Origin: an uncultured Synergistia bacterium
Lineage (GTDB): Bacteria; Synergistota; Synergistia; CAYRKT01
Reading direction: 5' to 3'
Assembly (NCBI GenBank): GCA_964425005.1
Contig: CAYRKT010000001.1
Span: 13,644 to 77,643 of the forward strand
DNA: 64,000 bases
Under the pieces are notes generated by a model, which did no database searches, had not been told where the DNA came from, and worked only from the letters and a program-made list of their open reading frames with translations. Both the position numbers and the translations under genes were made by a program. Below are positions 12,223 through 22,425 of the stretch, one piece after another; position 1 is the first letter of the stretch; every line of letters begins with the position of its first letter.

Positions 12223-12639
12223 TTGGACTTCGGAGAGGCCAGGATAGGAGTAGCTGTGAGCGACCCCCTGCGGCTCTTCGCGCAGGGGGTCGCTGTAGTA
12301 TGCGCCTCGGAGGGCTGGGAGGAGGAGCTCGCCTCCCTGCTAAAGCGGTACGAGGTGGAGCTGGTCCTGGTAGGGGTTCCCATCAGGGAGGACGGTCAGC
12401 CTTCCCATCAGGCGGCTAAGGTTTTGTCCCAGGCCGAAGCCCTCATAGCCCTTCTGCCCGAGGTTCGCTTCGCCTTCGTGGACGAGAGGTACACCACCAA
12501 GCTGGCTCACTCCTACCTGCGCGAGGTGGGTAGGGGGATGAGGAGGGCGAAGGAGCTGTCGGACATGGTGGCAGCTGAGATACTCCTCCAAGAGTACCTG
12601 GACGCGCAAAGGAAAGAGGGTAGCGACGGGGAAAGGTGA
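12223..12639 (+). CDS. ruvX: Putative pre-16S rRNA nuclease / Holliday-junction resolvase-like YqgF
   Basis: YqgF/RuvX N-terminal motif (LDFGEARIGVAVSD). The track start is TTG. The frame stays open upstream to about 12184 with no ATG, so the true start is uncertain. Confidence 0.75.
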   Translation: MDFGEARIGVAVSDPLRLFAQGVAVVCASEGWEEELASLLKRYEVELVLVGVPIREDGQPSHQAAKVLSQAEALIALLPEVRFAFVDERYTTKLAHSYLREVGRGMRRAKELSDMVAAEILLQEYLDAQRKEGSDGER

Positions 12640-15230
12640 GGGGAGGGACCTTGGATCTCTCTAAGGGTTTCGTGGAGTACGAGGGCAAAACCATAAGGAT
12701 AACCCCAATGCTCGAGCAATACCTCTACTGGAAGGAGAAGTACAGGGACTACCTGCTGTTCTTCCGGATGGGGGACTTCTACGAGCTCTTCTTCGACGAC
12801 GCCAGGACGGCCTCCAGGGAGCTGGACATAGCCCTGACCTCGAGGGATCAGGAGCGGGCCGTACCCATGGCTGGGGTTCCCCTCTGGTCCTGTGAGTCTT
12901 ACCTCGAGAGGTTGGTTAGGAGGGGATACCGGATCGCCATATGCGATCAAGTGGAGGAAAGCGACGGCAGGAACCTGGTGAGGAGGGAGGTCACCCGGAT
13001 AGTGACACCTGGGACCTTCTCACCGGAGGGGGGCACCTACGAGGGCGCTGTCCTCGTCCTGGACTTCGTGGAGGAGTCCACAGTACTGCTGGTGGTCTAC
13101 TCCAACACGGGGGAGCTCAAGCTGGGGGAGGTGCCCGTGTCCGCGATCTCACCCTGTGTCGCCGCCTACGACGGGCTGGACGTGGTGGTGAAGGAGGGAC
13201 AACAGGCCCTAATCCCACCCTCGCTCAAGAGGGTGGAGGGCAGGTGCGAGGTGGTGCTCCCCAGGGGTGCCTTCGAGTCGCCGAGCCCAAGCGTTCACGT
13301 CGAGGGGTTGGGACCGGACTCGGACAGGGCTAGAAAGGCCTTGGGCGCCCTGAGGAGGTATCTGGAGGAGGTCAACTTGCGCCCAGTGCAACTTCCGCAG
13401 AGGGCGCAGATCCTGGCGGAGGGATCGTTCCTCAGGCTGGACGAGGACACCCTCTCCCATCTCCAGGTCCTCGACAAGAACGGGCTTCTAGGCGTGATGG
13501 ACCGTTGCGCGACTCGACCCGGGAGGAGGAAGCTGAGGGACTGGATGTCCAGACCTTCCACCGACCTGGACCAGATAAACGATCGCCACGAGGCCATCGA
13601 GCGCCTCGTGCGGGATAGGGCCTTACTCCTCCGGATCAGGAGGTCTCTGGCCAGGCTTAAGGGCAACGACTTTCAGGCCTCCACATCAAGGCTGGCCGCG
13701 GGATCGGCCTCTCCCAGGGATCTGTGCAACGTGAGAGGGCTGTTGAGGGTCGTTCCCGAACTCTTGGATCTGGCCTCCGCCCTATCGGACCTCGAGGTGC
13801 TGGGAGATCTCCCCTCCAGGGAGGGTATCCTGAAGCCCTTGGAGGAGCTGGAGAGAGGGTTGAACGAGGAGATAGAGACGCCCCTGGGGGAGGGTGGAGT
13901 CATAAGGAGAGGCTACGACAGGGAGCTGGACGAACTTCGGAGGATAGGGGAGACTTCCAAAGCCTGGCTCGAGGAGTTCGTCCGAAGGGAGAGGGAGAGG
14001 ACCGGCATAAAGGGCTTAAGGGTCTCCTACAACAAGGTCTTCGGCTACTACGTGGAGGTCGGGAGGGCAAGCGCCTCTAAGCTGCCCGACTACTACGAGA
14101 GAAAACAGACGCTATCCAGCAGCGAGAGGTTCACCACGAGGGAGCTCAAGGAGTTCGAGGAGAGGATGGAGACGGCGGAGCTCCACCTCGGGAGGAGGGA
14201 GAAGCTGGTCTTCTCGAGGCTCTGCGAGGAGGTCAAGGGCTACGGGGTGGACCTCGAGAGGGCCTCGGAGCTGGCCTCCACGCTGGACGTCCTCTCTTCC
14301 CTGGCTGAGCTCGCCCTCGAAAGGGGCTACTCGAGGCCCCGGATGACTTGGGAGGACAGGCTATCCTTCAAGGACCTTCGACACCCCGTGCTGGACGTCC
14401 TGATGGATAGGCCCTTCGTCCCCAACGACGTGGAGATGGACGAGTCCAAGAGGATCTTGATCATAACCGGTCCGAACATGGCGGGCAAGTCGACCTATCT
14501 GAGGATGACGGCTTTAGCCTGCATAATGGCTCAGTCTGGCTCCTTCGTCCCCGCGAAGGAGGCGGTGGTCGGGGTGCTGGACGCCATATATACCAGGATA
14601 GGCGCCAGGGACGACATCCTCAGGGACATGAGCACCTTCATGATGGAGATGAAGGAGACGGCCAAGATGATCCAGGGGGCCACCTCCAGGAGCCTGCTGC
14701 TCCTCGACGAGGTGGGAAGGGGTACCTCGACCTACGACGGCATGAGCATAGCCTGGGCGCTCATAGAGCACCTGGCTCAGAGGGAGAGACCGCCTAAGAC
14801 GATGTTCGCCACCCATTACCACGAGTTGTCCGAGATAGCCCAGAGGACGAGCTGCGTCCACAACCTCAGCGCCCTCGTCGAGGAGAGGGGCGACGGCATC
14901 AGGTTCCTCTACAAGATAGCACCGGGTGTCTCCAGGAGGAGCTACGGCATAGAGGTGGCCAGGATGGCCGGACTTCCGGAGGCCATAGTGAGGAGGGCGA
15001 CGGAGATACTCAGGGAGCTCGAGGCGGGCGCCCTATGGTTCGACAGGGGTCGGACGGAGGGGATTAAAGCGGCTGGGACTCAGCTTCCCCTGTTCGACGT
15101 CGAGCTGGACGCGTTGGTTTACAAGATAGCCTCCCTCGATCCGGACAACACGACTCCCTTGAAGGCTTTGCAGATAATCTACGAGCTCAAGGAGATGGCC
15201 GTGGGCTTGCTCTCCAGAAGGGGGCGTTGA
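12636..15230 (+). CDS. mutS: DNA mismatch repair protein MutS
   Basis: MutS domains I-V. Walker A (GPNMAGKSTYLR). Overlaps the ruvX stop. Confidence 0.95.
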   Translation: MRGGTLDLSKGFVEYEGKTIRITPMLEQYLYWKEKYRDYLLFFRMGDFYELFFDDARTASRELDIALTSRDQERAVPMAGVPLWSCESYLERLVRRGYRIAICDQVEESDGRNLVRREVTRIVTPGTFSPEGGTYEGAVLVLDFVEESTVLLVVYSNTGELKLGEVPVSAISPCVAAYDGLDVVVKEGQQALIPPSLKRVEGRCEVVLPRGAFESPSPSVHVEGLGPDSDRARKALGALRRYLEEVNLRPVQLPQRAQILAEGSFLRLDEDTLSHLQVLDKNGLLGVMDRCATRPGRRKLRDWMSRPSTDLDQINDRHEAIERLVRDRALLLRIRRSLARLKGNDFQASTSRLAAGSASPRDLCNVRGLLRVVPELLDLASALSDLEVLGDLPSREGILKPLEELERGLNEEIETPLGEGGVIRRGYDRELDELRRIGETSKAWLEEFVRRERERTGIKGLRVSYNKVFGYYVEVGRASASKLPDYYERKQTLSSSERFTTRELKEFEERMETAELHLGRREKLVFSRLCEEVKGYGVDLERASELASTLDVLSSLAELALERGYSRPRMTWEDRLSFKDLRHPVLDVLMDRPFVPNDVEMDESKRILIITGPNMAGKSTYLRMTALACIMAQSGSFVPAKEAVVGVLDAIYTRIGARDDILRDMSTFMMEMKETAKMIQGATSRSLLLLDEVGRGTSTYDGMSIAWALIEHLAQRERPPKTMFATHYHELSEIAQRTSCVHNLSALVEERGDGIRFLYKIAPGVSRRSYGIEVARMAGLPEAIVRRATEILRELEAGALWFDRGRTEGIKAAGTQLPLFDVELDALVYKIASLDPDNTTPLKALQIIYELKEMAVGLLSRRGR

Positions 15231-16942
15231 CTTCGAGGATGGAAGCTGGTGTGAGGATAAAGAGGCTTCCTCAAGAGCTGGTGACGCTCATAGCGGCCGG
15301 AGAGGTGGTGGAGAGACCCCTGTCCGTGGTGAAGGAGCTGGTGGAGAACTCCTTGGACGCCCAGGCCAGCTGTGTCGAGGTCCAGGTGGAGGAGGGAGGG
15401 ATCGAGCTAATAAGGGTCTCAGACGACGGGATGGGGATGAGCTACGAGGAGCTTCCTTTGGCGGTCTCGGCTCATTCCACCAGCAAGATATCCTCCGCGG
15501 AGGATCTGCTTCGCGTGGTCAGCTTCGGCTTCAGGGGTGAAGCCCTCCACTCCATAGGAAGCGTGAGCGAGATGGAGATCTTCTCCAGCGACGGCAGGAG
15601 CGGAGGGAGGATAAAAGTTGTCTTCGGTGAGATCGAGGATCGCTCCCTCTACGCGGGGCGAAGAGGCACCACCGTCTCCGTCAGGCACCTCTTCGCGAAC
15701 GTGCCCGCCAGGAGGAAGTTTCTAAGGGGGCCCAGAGGTGAGCTCCTCCAGGTGAAGGAATTTCTACAGGACATGTGTTTGGCCTTCCCGGAGAGGACCT
15801 TCGTGCTCAGGGAGGGCAACAGGGCCATATTGAGCCACCTGGGAGGGGGCTTGGAGAGCGCGGTCTTCTCCCTGTGGCAGGGGGAGAAGGTCGAGCTAGA
15901 CATCTCGTCTGCGGAGCTGGGAGAGCTCAGGGCGGATCTGCTGATCGTCAGGGGCGCCAGTTCCAGGAGGCGGATTCGCCTTTTCGTGAACAGGAGAAGG
16001 GTGGAGGACAAGCTCCTCAGGGCGGTCTTCTCCTGGTACAAGGATAGGCTCGGCGACGCGGTCTTCGCCCTCATGTTGAGCTTGCCCCCCGATTTCGTGG
16101 ACGTCAACGTCCACCCGTCAAAGGCTGAGGTGCGCTTCAGGAACCCCCATCTGGTGGCGAAGCTGGCCGAGAGGTGCCTATCCAAGGCTCTCCCCAGCGG
16201 TCTTAAGGTCGCCGCGCCCGGCGTTTCTGTCTCTAGGAAGGTTGAGCTCGACGCCGAGAAAGCGGAGGGCTTCGGAGGCCTCCTCGAGCTAGGGCTCGAG
16301 GAGGCGGAAGGGGAAGGAGCCCTCCCTCAGGTCGTCGACGGGGTAAAGGCCAGGTTCTTGGGCAGGATAGGGGAGGGGTTTTGGGCCTTCGAGGTGGAGG
16401 AGGGCCTGCTGATCCTGGACGTGCACGCCTCTTACGAGAGGATCGTCTACGATGAGATCTCGAGGGGCCTGGAGGGGGGATCCCCCGAGTCGGAGGGCAT
16501 CCTGGGAGCCCTGTACCCGATAGAGGAGGGGCTGGTAGAAGAGGTCTTGCGCTTCAGGTCGGAGCTGGAGTCCTTGGGCTTCGCCTTGGAAGAGCGCCAG
16601 GGGATGTGGGAGCTCAAGGCCGTCCCCACGTGGGGGAGAGAGCTGTCGCTGGACCCGATGTCAGCGCTTCGCGTGGCGCTCAAGGAGCTCGAGGAGAGTT
16701 CGGCGATGGAGCTGACCGAACTTCCCTCCGATCTGCGCAGGACGAGGATGGCTCACTCCTTGGCGAGCAGGGCTTGCAGGGCCTCGCCCAAGCTGGGCGA
16801 ATCGCGGATTTCCGAGGCGGAGGCGTTGAGGTTGCTGGAGAGGCTCTACCCCTCGGAGGACGCGCCCACCTGTCCTCACGGTAGGCCGGTCTACAGCCTC
16901 ATAAGCTGGGTGGAGGTGAGAAGGAGGCTTGGCAGAGCTTAG
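15227..16942 (+). CDS. mutL: DNA mismatch repair protein MutL
   Basis: GHKL ATPase N-terminus. C-terminal dimerisation domain. Overlaps the mutS stop by 4 nt. Confidence 0.9.
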   Translation: MTSRMEAGVRIKRLPQELVTLIAAGEVVERPLSVVKELVENSLDAQASCVEVQVEEGGIELIRVSDDGMGMSYEELPLAVSAHSTSKISSAEDLLRVVSFGFRGEALHSIGSVSEMEIFSSDGRSGGRIKVVFGEIEDRSLYAGRRGTTVSVRHLFANVPARRKFLRGPRGELLQVKEFLQDMCLAFPERTFVLREGNRAILSHLGGGLESAVFSLWQGEKVELDISSAELGELRADLLIVRGASSRRRIRLFVNRRRVEDKLLRAVFSWYKDRLGDAVFALMLSLPPDFVDVNVHPSKAEVRFRNPHLVAKLAERCLSKALPSGLKVAAPGVSVSRKVELDAEKAEGFGGLLELGLEEAEGEGALPQVVDGVKARFLGRIGEGFWAFEVEEGLLILDVHASYERIVYDEISRGLEGGSPESEGILGALYPIEEGLVEEVLRFRSELESLGFALEERQGMWELKAVPTWGRELSLDPMSALRVALKELEESSAMELTELPSDLRRTRMAHSLASRACRASPKLGESRISEAEALRLLERLYPSEDAPTCPHGRPVYSLISWVEVRRRLGRA

Positions 16943-17915
16943 GGCGAGGGAGGAGCTTGCGATAGGGGACCTCAGGGAGGGCAGGAGGTTGCTTTGCGTC
17001 ATCGGTCCGACCGCGGCTGGCAAAAGTGCTCTCTCGCTTCAGCTTTGCAGGATGGAGAGGACCTTCGAGGTGATCTCCGTCGACTCCAGACAGGTCTATC
17101 GCTACATGGACATAGGGACGGACAAACCCTCCTGGGAGGAGAGAAGGGAGGTCCCCCATCACCTCCTGGACGTCAAGGACCCAGACGAGAGTTACTCGGT
17201 CGCCGAGTTCTGCGAGGAGGCCAAGAGGACGGTGGAGAGGGTCTTCAAGAGGGGGAAAGTCCCCATCCTGGTGGGGGGGACCCCCTTCTACTTCTACGCC
17301 CTCTTCCACAGGGGCCTCTTCGAGGGGCCCCCTGGGGATGAAGAGCTGAGGAGGGCTTTGGAGGAGGAGGCGAAAGCCGTGGGCACGGCTGCGCTCCACA
17401 AGAGGCTCTCGGAGGTGGACCCCGTCGCCGCCTCCAGGATACACCCCAACGACCTTCGAAGGATTATAAGGGCGCTCGAGGTCTACGCGCTGAGCGGAAA
17501 GCCCATGAGCGCCCTCTGGTCCTTCTCCGTCAAGCCCGATCTGCCGTCGCCCTTCTACCTTATGGTGAACAGAAGGAGGGAGGACCTCTACGGGAGGATA
17601 GAGAAAAGGGCCAGGAAACAGTTTGAAGCTGGACTTCTCGATGAGGTAAAATGGCTGCTGGAGAGGGGTTTTGGGAGGACTAGCCCTCCTATGTGCGGGT
17701 TGGTGTACGGCGAGGCGCTGGAGGTGTTGGAGGGGAAGCTGTCCTTCGAGGATGGGATCGCCAGGGCTACCTCGAGGACCAAGGCCTTCAGCAGGAGACA
17801 GATGACCTGGTTCAAGCGCTTCCCAATCGGCGTGGAGGTGGACCTGACCGGGTGCGGCGAGAGGGAAGTGGCGGAGGTGGCCGTCAGGCTACTGGAGCAG
17901 TGGTATCGAGGGTGA
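16929..17915 (+). CDS. miaA: tRNA dimethylallyltransferase
   Basis: P-loop (GPTAAGKS) and MiaA core (DSRQVYRYMDIGTDKP). Confidence 0.9.
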   Translation: MAELRAREELAIGDLREGRRLLCVIGPTAAGKSALSLQLCRMERTFEVISVDSRQVYRYMDIGTDKPSWEERREVPHHLLDVKDPDESYSVAEFCEEAKRTVERVFKRGKVPILVGGTPFYFYALFHRGLFEGPPGDEELRRALEEEAKAVGTAALHKRLSEVDPVAASRIHPNDLRRIIRALEVYALSGKPMSALWSFSVKPDLPSPFYLMVNRRREDLYGRIEKRARKQFEAGLLDEVKWLLERGFGRTSPPMCGLVYGEALEVLEGKLSFEDGIARATSRTKAFSRRQMTWFKRFPIGVEVDLTGCGEREVAEVAVRLLEQWYRG

Positions 17916-17928
17916 GGTTTTAAGGGAG

Positions 17929-18774
17929 ATGAAGGTTAAGGTCGCTTTCCCTACGGGCTTTTGCTTCGGCGTCCGAAGGGCGCTGAAGGCGCTGGAGGAA
18001 GCCTTAGCGGCGCACGGGGAGGTCTACTCCCTGGGCAGCCCCATACACAACGAGAGGGTAGTGGAGGAGATGGTCTCCAAGGGGCTCAGGTTGGTGGAGG
18101 ATCCCGAGGAGGTGCCCCCAGGTGGGGTCTCCTTCGTCAGAGCTCATGGAGTGTCCGCTGCCACCATGGAGGCGCTCAAGGTCAGGTCCTCCCTGGTGGT
18201 CGACGGGACCTGTCCCTTCGTCAGGAGAGTTCAGATGAAGGCAAAGGAGCTGGCCAGCGAGGGCTACGCCGTGGTGGTGGTGGGGGATCCTACGCATCCA
18301 GAGGTCGTGGGGATAGTGGGGCACGTCCCTGGGGACAAGGTGTTCGTGGTGGCGAGCCGAGGGGAGATAAAGGTCGATTTGTTCAAATCTTTTGGTAAAA
18401 TAGGGGTGGTGTGTCAGACCACCAACAGGGTCGAGGCTTTCAAGGAGGTGGTCAGCGAGCTGGTGGGGCTGGTTGAGGAGGTGAAGGTCCACAACACGAT
18501 ATGCGACGCCACGGCCGCCAGACAGGAGGCGGTTAGAAGGCTTGCCGCCGAGGTGGACGCGGTGGTGGTGGTGGGAAGCAGGTCCTCGGCCAACACGCGC
18601 AAGCTGCTGGAGATAGCTTCCTCGTTGGGCGAGGCCTTGCTGGTGGAGGACGTGTCCGACTTGGAGAGGGGGTGGTTCAGGGGGAAGAGAGAGATAGGCG
18701 TGGCAGCTGGGGCGAGCACCCCCGACTGCCTGATAGAGAAAGTGGTCGAGGAGTTGGAAGGAATCGAGGTCTAA
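17929..18774 (+). CDS. ispH: 4-hydroxy-3-methylbut-2-enyl diphosphate reductase
   Basis: LytB/IspH family (FPTGFCFGVRRAL...GSPIHNERVVEE). Conserved Cys residues. Confidence 0.9.
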   Translation: MKVKVAFPTGFCFGVRRALKALEEALAAHGEVYSLGSPIHNERVVEEMVSKGLRLVEDPEEVPPGGVSFVRAHGVSAATMEALKVRSSLVVDGTCPFVRRVQMKAKELASEGYAVVVVGDPTHPEVVGIVGHVPGDKVFVVASRGEIKVDLFKSFGKIGVVCQTTNRVEAFKEVVSELVGLVEEVKVHNTICDATAARQEAVRRLAAEVDAVVVVGSRSSANTRKLLEIASSLGEALLVEDVSDLERGWFRGKREIGVAAGASTPDCLIEKVVEELEGIEV

Positions 18775-18790
18775 GGAGGTCAGTGGGGTT

Positions 18791-20266
18791 ATGGATTACG
18801 GGGATTTCGTGAAGCAGATGGAGAGGATCGCTGAGGCTCCCTCCAGGAGCTTTAAGAGGGGGGATGTGGTCGAGGGAGTTTTGGTCAAGGCGGCAGAGGG
18901 CGGTTGGTACGTGGACTTCGGCCACAAGACCGAGGGCTTCATCCCTCAGACCGAGTGGACCAAGAGCTTCATCCTGGATGACGTGGAGCCCAAGCTGGGC
19001 CAGAGGTACAGGTTCTTGCTGGTGAAGCTGGGGAAGGAAGAGGAGGACTATCCGCTTCTCTCTCGGTGGAGGTTGGTCTTCGAGGAGAGGTGGAGGGAGC
19101 TGGAGAGGGCCCTGCAGGAGGGCGATGGCGTCTTAAGGGTGACGTGCGTGGAGACCGTCAAGGGGGGCATGATGGTGAACTGCATGGGTTTGCGCGGCTT
19201 CATACCCCTCTCCCACCTCCACGCAGGCAACGGGATGGGTTCTCCCAAGAAGCTCCTGGGCAAGGAGCTAGAAGTGAAGGTCTTGGAACTGGAGAAGGGG
19301 CGCAGGAACATAAAGCTCTCCTACAGGCTGGTGGCCGAGGAGAGAAGGCAAAAAGAGGTGGAGGAGTTCCTCTCCAGGATAAACGAAGGGGACGTCCTGG
19401 AGGGAAAGGTGGTGAGCGTGACCAGGTTCGGCGTCTTCGTGAACCTCGGTCCCGTGGACGGTTTGGTCCCCATGTCCGAGGTCACCTACAGCAGATATCT
19501 TAAGCCCTCTAGCCTCGTGAAGAAGAACCAGACGGTTAAGGTAAAGGTCTTATCCGTTGACAGATCCAGCGGCAAGGTCAGCCTCAGCATAAAGAGGGCT
19601 CTCCCCGATCCATGGGAAGGGATATCAGAGCGCTACTCCCCGGGCAGCACGGTGGACGGAAGGGTCACCGGGCTCGCGGAGTTCGGCGCCTTCGTGGAGA
19701 TAGAGCCTGGCGTGGAGGGGTTGATCCACATAAGTTCCCTCAGTTGGGACAAGGTCGGCTCTCCCAAGGAGGTCCTGAAGATAGGTCAAAGCGTCAAGGT
19801 GCTGATCAAGGACGTCAACGCGGCGGAGAAGAGGATATCCCTCGGTTACAGGGAGCTGTTCGATCCCTGGGATAAGGTGGAGGAGAAGTACTCCGTCGGG
19901 CAGGACGTGGAGTGCGTAGTCAAGGAGGTCAAGGACTTCGGGGCTTTCGTGGAGATAGAGCCCGGGATAGAGGGTCTGCTTCACGTCTCACAGATGTCCA
20001 CGGGGAGGGTCAGCGCTCCCTCCTCCCTGGTGAAAGAGGGGGACAGGCTTACCTGCAGGATACTCAGCATAGACAAGGCGAGCAGGAGGATAAGGCTCAG
20101 TCGAAGGGCCATCCTCGAGGAGGAGCTCGCCGAGAGGAGGCGAAGGGAGGAGGAGGAGCGGCGGCGCCAGCAGGCCGAGGAGGAGAAGCTCAAGGCCTCC
20201 ATCGTGGGCGAGGCCCCCAGCGTCACCCTCCAGGACATATTGAAGGACAAGGCCAGCAGAAGGTAG
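18791..20266 (+). CDS. rpsA: 30S ribosomal protein S1
   Basis: Multiple S1 RNA-binding repeats (GxV..V..FGAFV). Basic and acidic C-terminal tail. Confidence 0.9.
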   Translation: MDYGDFVKQMERIAEAPSRSFKRGDVVEGVLVKAAEGGWYVDFGHKTEGFIPQTEWTKSFILDDVEPKLGQRYRFLLVKLGKEEEDYPLLSRWRLVFEERWRELERALQEGDGVLRVTCVETVKGGMMVNCMGLRGFIPLSHLHAGNGMGSPKKLLGKELEVKVLELEKGRRNIKLSYRLVAEERRQKEVEEFLSRINEGDVLEGKVVSVTRFGVFVNLGPVDGLVPMSEVTYSRYLKPSSLVKKNQTVKVKVLSVDRSSGKVSLSIKRALPDPWEGISERYSPGSTVDGRVTGLAEFGAFVEIEPGVEGLIHISSLSWDKVGSPKEVLKIGQSVKVLIKDVNAAEKRISLGYRELFDPWDKVEEKYSVGQDVECVVKEVKDFGAFVEIEPGIEGLLHVSQMSTGRVSAPSSLVKEGDRLTCRILSIDKASRRIRLSRRAILEEELAERRRREEEERRRQQAEEEKLKASIVGEAPSVTLQDILKDKASRR

Positions 20267-20274
20267 CCCGGAGC

Positions 20275-20793
20275 ATGGCCAGGGACGAGATGCTCGGCAA
20301 GTCGAAGCTTCGGATCAGGGTCTATCCGGATCCGGTCTTGAGGGAAAAGGCCAAGGCCGTAGAGAACTTCGGCGAGGAGCTCCGGTCGCTGGCCCAGGAT
20401 ATGCTGGAGCTCATGGAGGAGAGGAAGGGGGTGGGGCTGGCAGCTCCCCAGGTGGGGCTGCCGCTCCGCCTCTTCGTCGCCCGATGGGATGGGAAGGAAT
20501 ACGTGGTGGTGAACCCCGTTCTACTGGAGGCGAGCGGCGAACAGGTCGACGAGGAGGGTTGTTTGAGCTTTCCGGGCGTGTACCAGGAGGTGCCACGCCC
20601 TCAGGCCATAAGGGTCTCGTTCCAGGATGCCCTCGGGAACCCGATGGAGGAGGAGTTGCGGGGTTTCTGGGCCAGGATATTCTCCCACGAGATGGACCAT
20701 CTGGACGGCAAGTTGCTCCTGGACTACATGTCGCCGGCCAAGAGGGTGTTGGTCAGGTCCAGGATGAAGAGGAGAGGATCCAGGGGAGAATGA
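20275..20793 (+). CDS. def: Peptide deformylase
   Basis: PDF motifs (GVGLAAPQVG, EGCLSFPG, HEMDHLDG). The start was taken at the internal ATG 8 nt after the rpsA stop. Confidence 0.9.
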   Translation: MARDEMLGKSKLRIRVYPDPVLREKAKAVENFGEELRSLAQDMLELMEERKGVGLAAPQVGLPLRLFVARWDGKEYVVVNPVLLEASGEQVDEEGCLSFPGVYQEVPRPQAIRVSFQDALGNPMEEELRGFWARIFSHEMDHLDGKLLLDYMSPAKRVLVRSRMKRRGSRGE

Positions 20794-21707
20794 AGGTCTC
20801 CTTCGTGGGTTCAGGACATTTCGCCCTCAACGTCTTGAGGTTTTTGGATGACTTCCCCTTCTGTGCTCTGATGACCCAACCGCCTAGGCCTAGGGGTAGA
20901 GGGCTTCGCCTGGCGCCCACTCCCGTGGGTTCCTGGGCCAGGGATAGGGGTCTGAGGTTGATCGAGCCGGAGCGCCTAGAGGGGGAGGAGGTGACCTCGG
21001 CCTTCGAGGTCGACGTGGTGCTGGTGGTGGACTACGGGAGGAAGATCCCAGGACATCTGCTCGACCTCCCAAAGCACGGATGCTTTAACCTGCATCCCTC
21101 CCTCCTCCCGCGCTACAGGGGGGCAGCTCCGGTCCAGAGGGCGATCATGGACGGAGCCTCCTTCACAGGGGTGACCCTCTTCAGGTTGACCGATAGGATG
21201 GACGCCGGTCCCATCTTCGGCGCCAGGCCCGTCGAGATCAGGACTCTCGACACTCTCCAGGAGCTGTACTTGAGGTTAGCCTTCGAGGGGTCTTTGCTGT
21301 TCAGGGAGCTGGCGAGGGCCGTGAGAGGGGGTTTGTCCGTCGCCCTCAGGGAGCAGGAGGAGGGGTTGGCCTCTTACGCTCCGAAGATATCCGAGGTGGA
21401 CAGGCTCTTGAGCTTCGAGGGCGATTGCCTGAAGTTCCACAACGTCTGCAGAGCGCTCTCCCCCGAGCCAGGCGCTTTCTTCGACTACAGAGGCAAGCGC
21501 GTTAAGGTTTTGAGCACCAGGCCTGAGCCCTGCGCCAGGGGCGAGTTCTCAGGCGAGGTCCTGGACATCAGGGAGGGGGGGCTACTGGTGTCCTGCGCTC
21601 AGGGCGGCGTGTGGCTTCTTACGATGTGCGAGGAGTGCAGGACGCCCGTATCCGGGGAGGCCTGGGCCAGGGGGAGGAGGATAAGAAAGGGGGATCGCCT
21701 TTGCTGA
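20790..21707 (+). CDS. fmt: Methionyl-tRNA formyltransferase
   Basis: Formyltransferase N-domain (NLHPSLLPRYRGAAPVQRAI) and Fmt C-domain. ATGA overlap with def. Confidence 0.9.
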   Translation: MKVSFVGSGHFALNVLRFLDDFPFCALMTQPPRPRGRGLRLAPTPVGSWARDRGLRLIEPERLEGEEVTSAFEVDVVLVVDYGRKIPGHLLDLPKHGCFNLHPSLLPRYRGAAPVQRAIMDGASFTGVTLFRLTDRMDAGPIFGARPVEIRTLDTLQELYLRLAFEGSLLFRELARAVRGGLSVALREQEEGLASYAPKISEVDRLLSFEGDCLKFHNVCRALSPEPGAFFDYRGKRVKVLSTRPEPCARGEFSGEVLDIREGGLLVSCAQGGVWLLTMCEECRTPVSGEAWARGRRIRKGDRLC

Positions 21708-22405
21708 CGTCTCTCCCTGAGGGCTGTCTTCCTTCCGAGCGACTGATCGTCCTGTTCGGTATGTCCGGGAGCGGCAAGAGCGAGATAGGGGCGTTTTTGG
21801 CCAAAAACAGCGCCAAGTCCGGAAGAAGGACCCTTTTAGTCGACCTGGACGTCTCCAACCCCTACTTCTCCGCCAGTAGGTTCAGGGAGGAGATAGAGGG
21901 GGAAGGAGTCGAGGTGATTGGGCCCAGAGGGGACATGAGGTTTGCGGATCTGCCCGTGCTAGTGAGCTCTCTGCGCTCCCTTTGGAGGCGAGAAAGGGAC
22001 AGCAAGTTCGTGGTGGACCTGGGGGGAGATGCGAGGGGGCTTAGGGCAGCGGGCTCCGTCCTGTCCCAGATGGTTGGGGCGGAGGTCTTCTCGGCTATGG
22101 TGCTGAACCCCTATCGCTCGCCCGTCCTGGACGAAGGTCTCCTGAGGGGCCTAAAGCGGGAGTTCGAGGAGCTAACGGGCCTTGAGACCAGGTGGATCAT
22201 CTCCAACCCGAACTTAGGACCGGAGACGAGCTCGGAGGTGTTGTTGAGGGGGCACGAGGTGGCCTCTAGCGTAGCGCGCAAGCTAGGTCTAGAGGTGTTC
22301 GCCCTGTGCGTCTGGTCGAGGGTGTGGGAGGACTTCAAGGGGTCCTCCCACAGCTTTCATGGGAGGATCTGGGTCTTGGAGAGGCTGATCTTCAAAAGGC
22401 GATAG
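21701..22405 (+). CDS. Hypothetical P-loop NTPase
   Basis: Walker A (GMSGSGKS) and a Walker B-like motif (LLVDLD). Likely TTG start overlapping the fmt stop. No confident family assignment. Confidence 0.5.
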   Translation: MLTSLPEGCLPSERLIVLFGMSGSGKSEIGAFLAKNSAKSGRRTLLVDLDVSNPYFSASRFREEIEGEGVEVIGPRGDMRFADLPVLVSSLRSLWRRERDSKFVVDLGGDARGLRAAGSVLSQMVGAEVFSAMVLNPYRSPVLDEGLLRGLKREFEELTGLETRWIISNPNLGPETSSEVLLRGHEVASSVARKLGLEVFALCVWSRVWEDFKGSSHSFHGRIWVLERLIFKRR

Positions 22406-22425
22406 GTTGGAAGGGGGTGTAGGTC

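Noticed and set aside
12186-12419. Gly/Arg-rich 77-aa ORF overlapping ruvX in another frame
   Set aside because: Alternate-frame artefact of GC-rich DNA. Many similar RGG-rich ORFs are in the track (for example 7638..7919, 11075..11443, 32036..32737).
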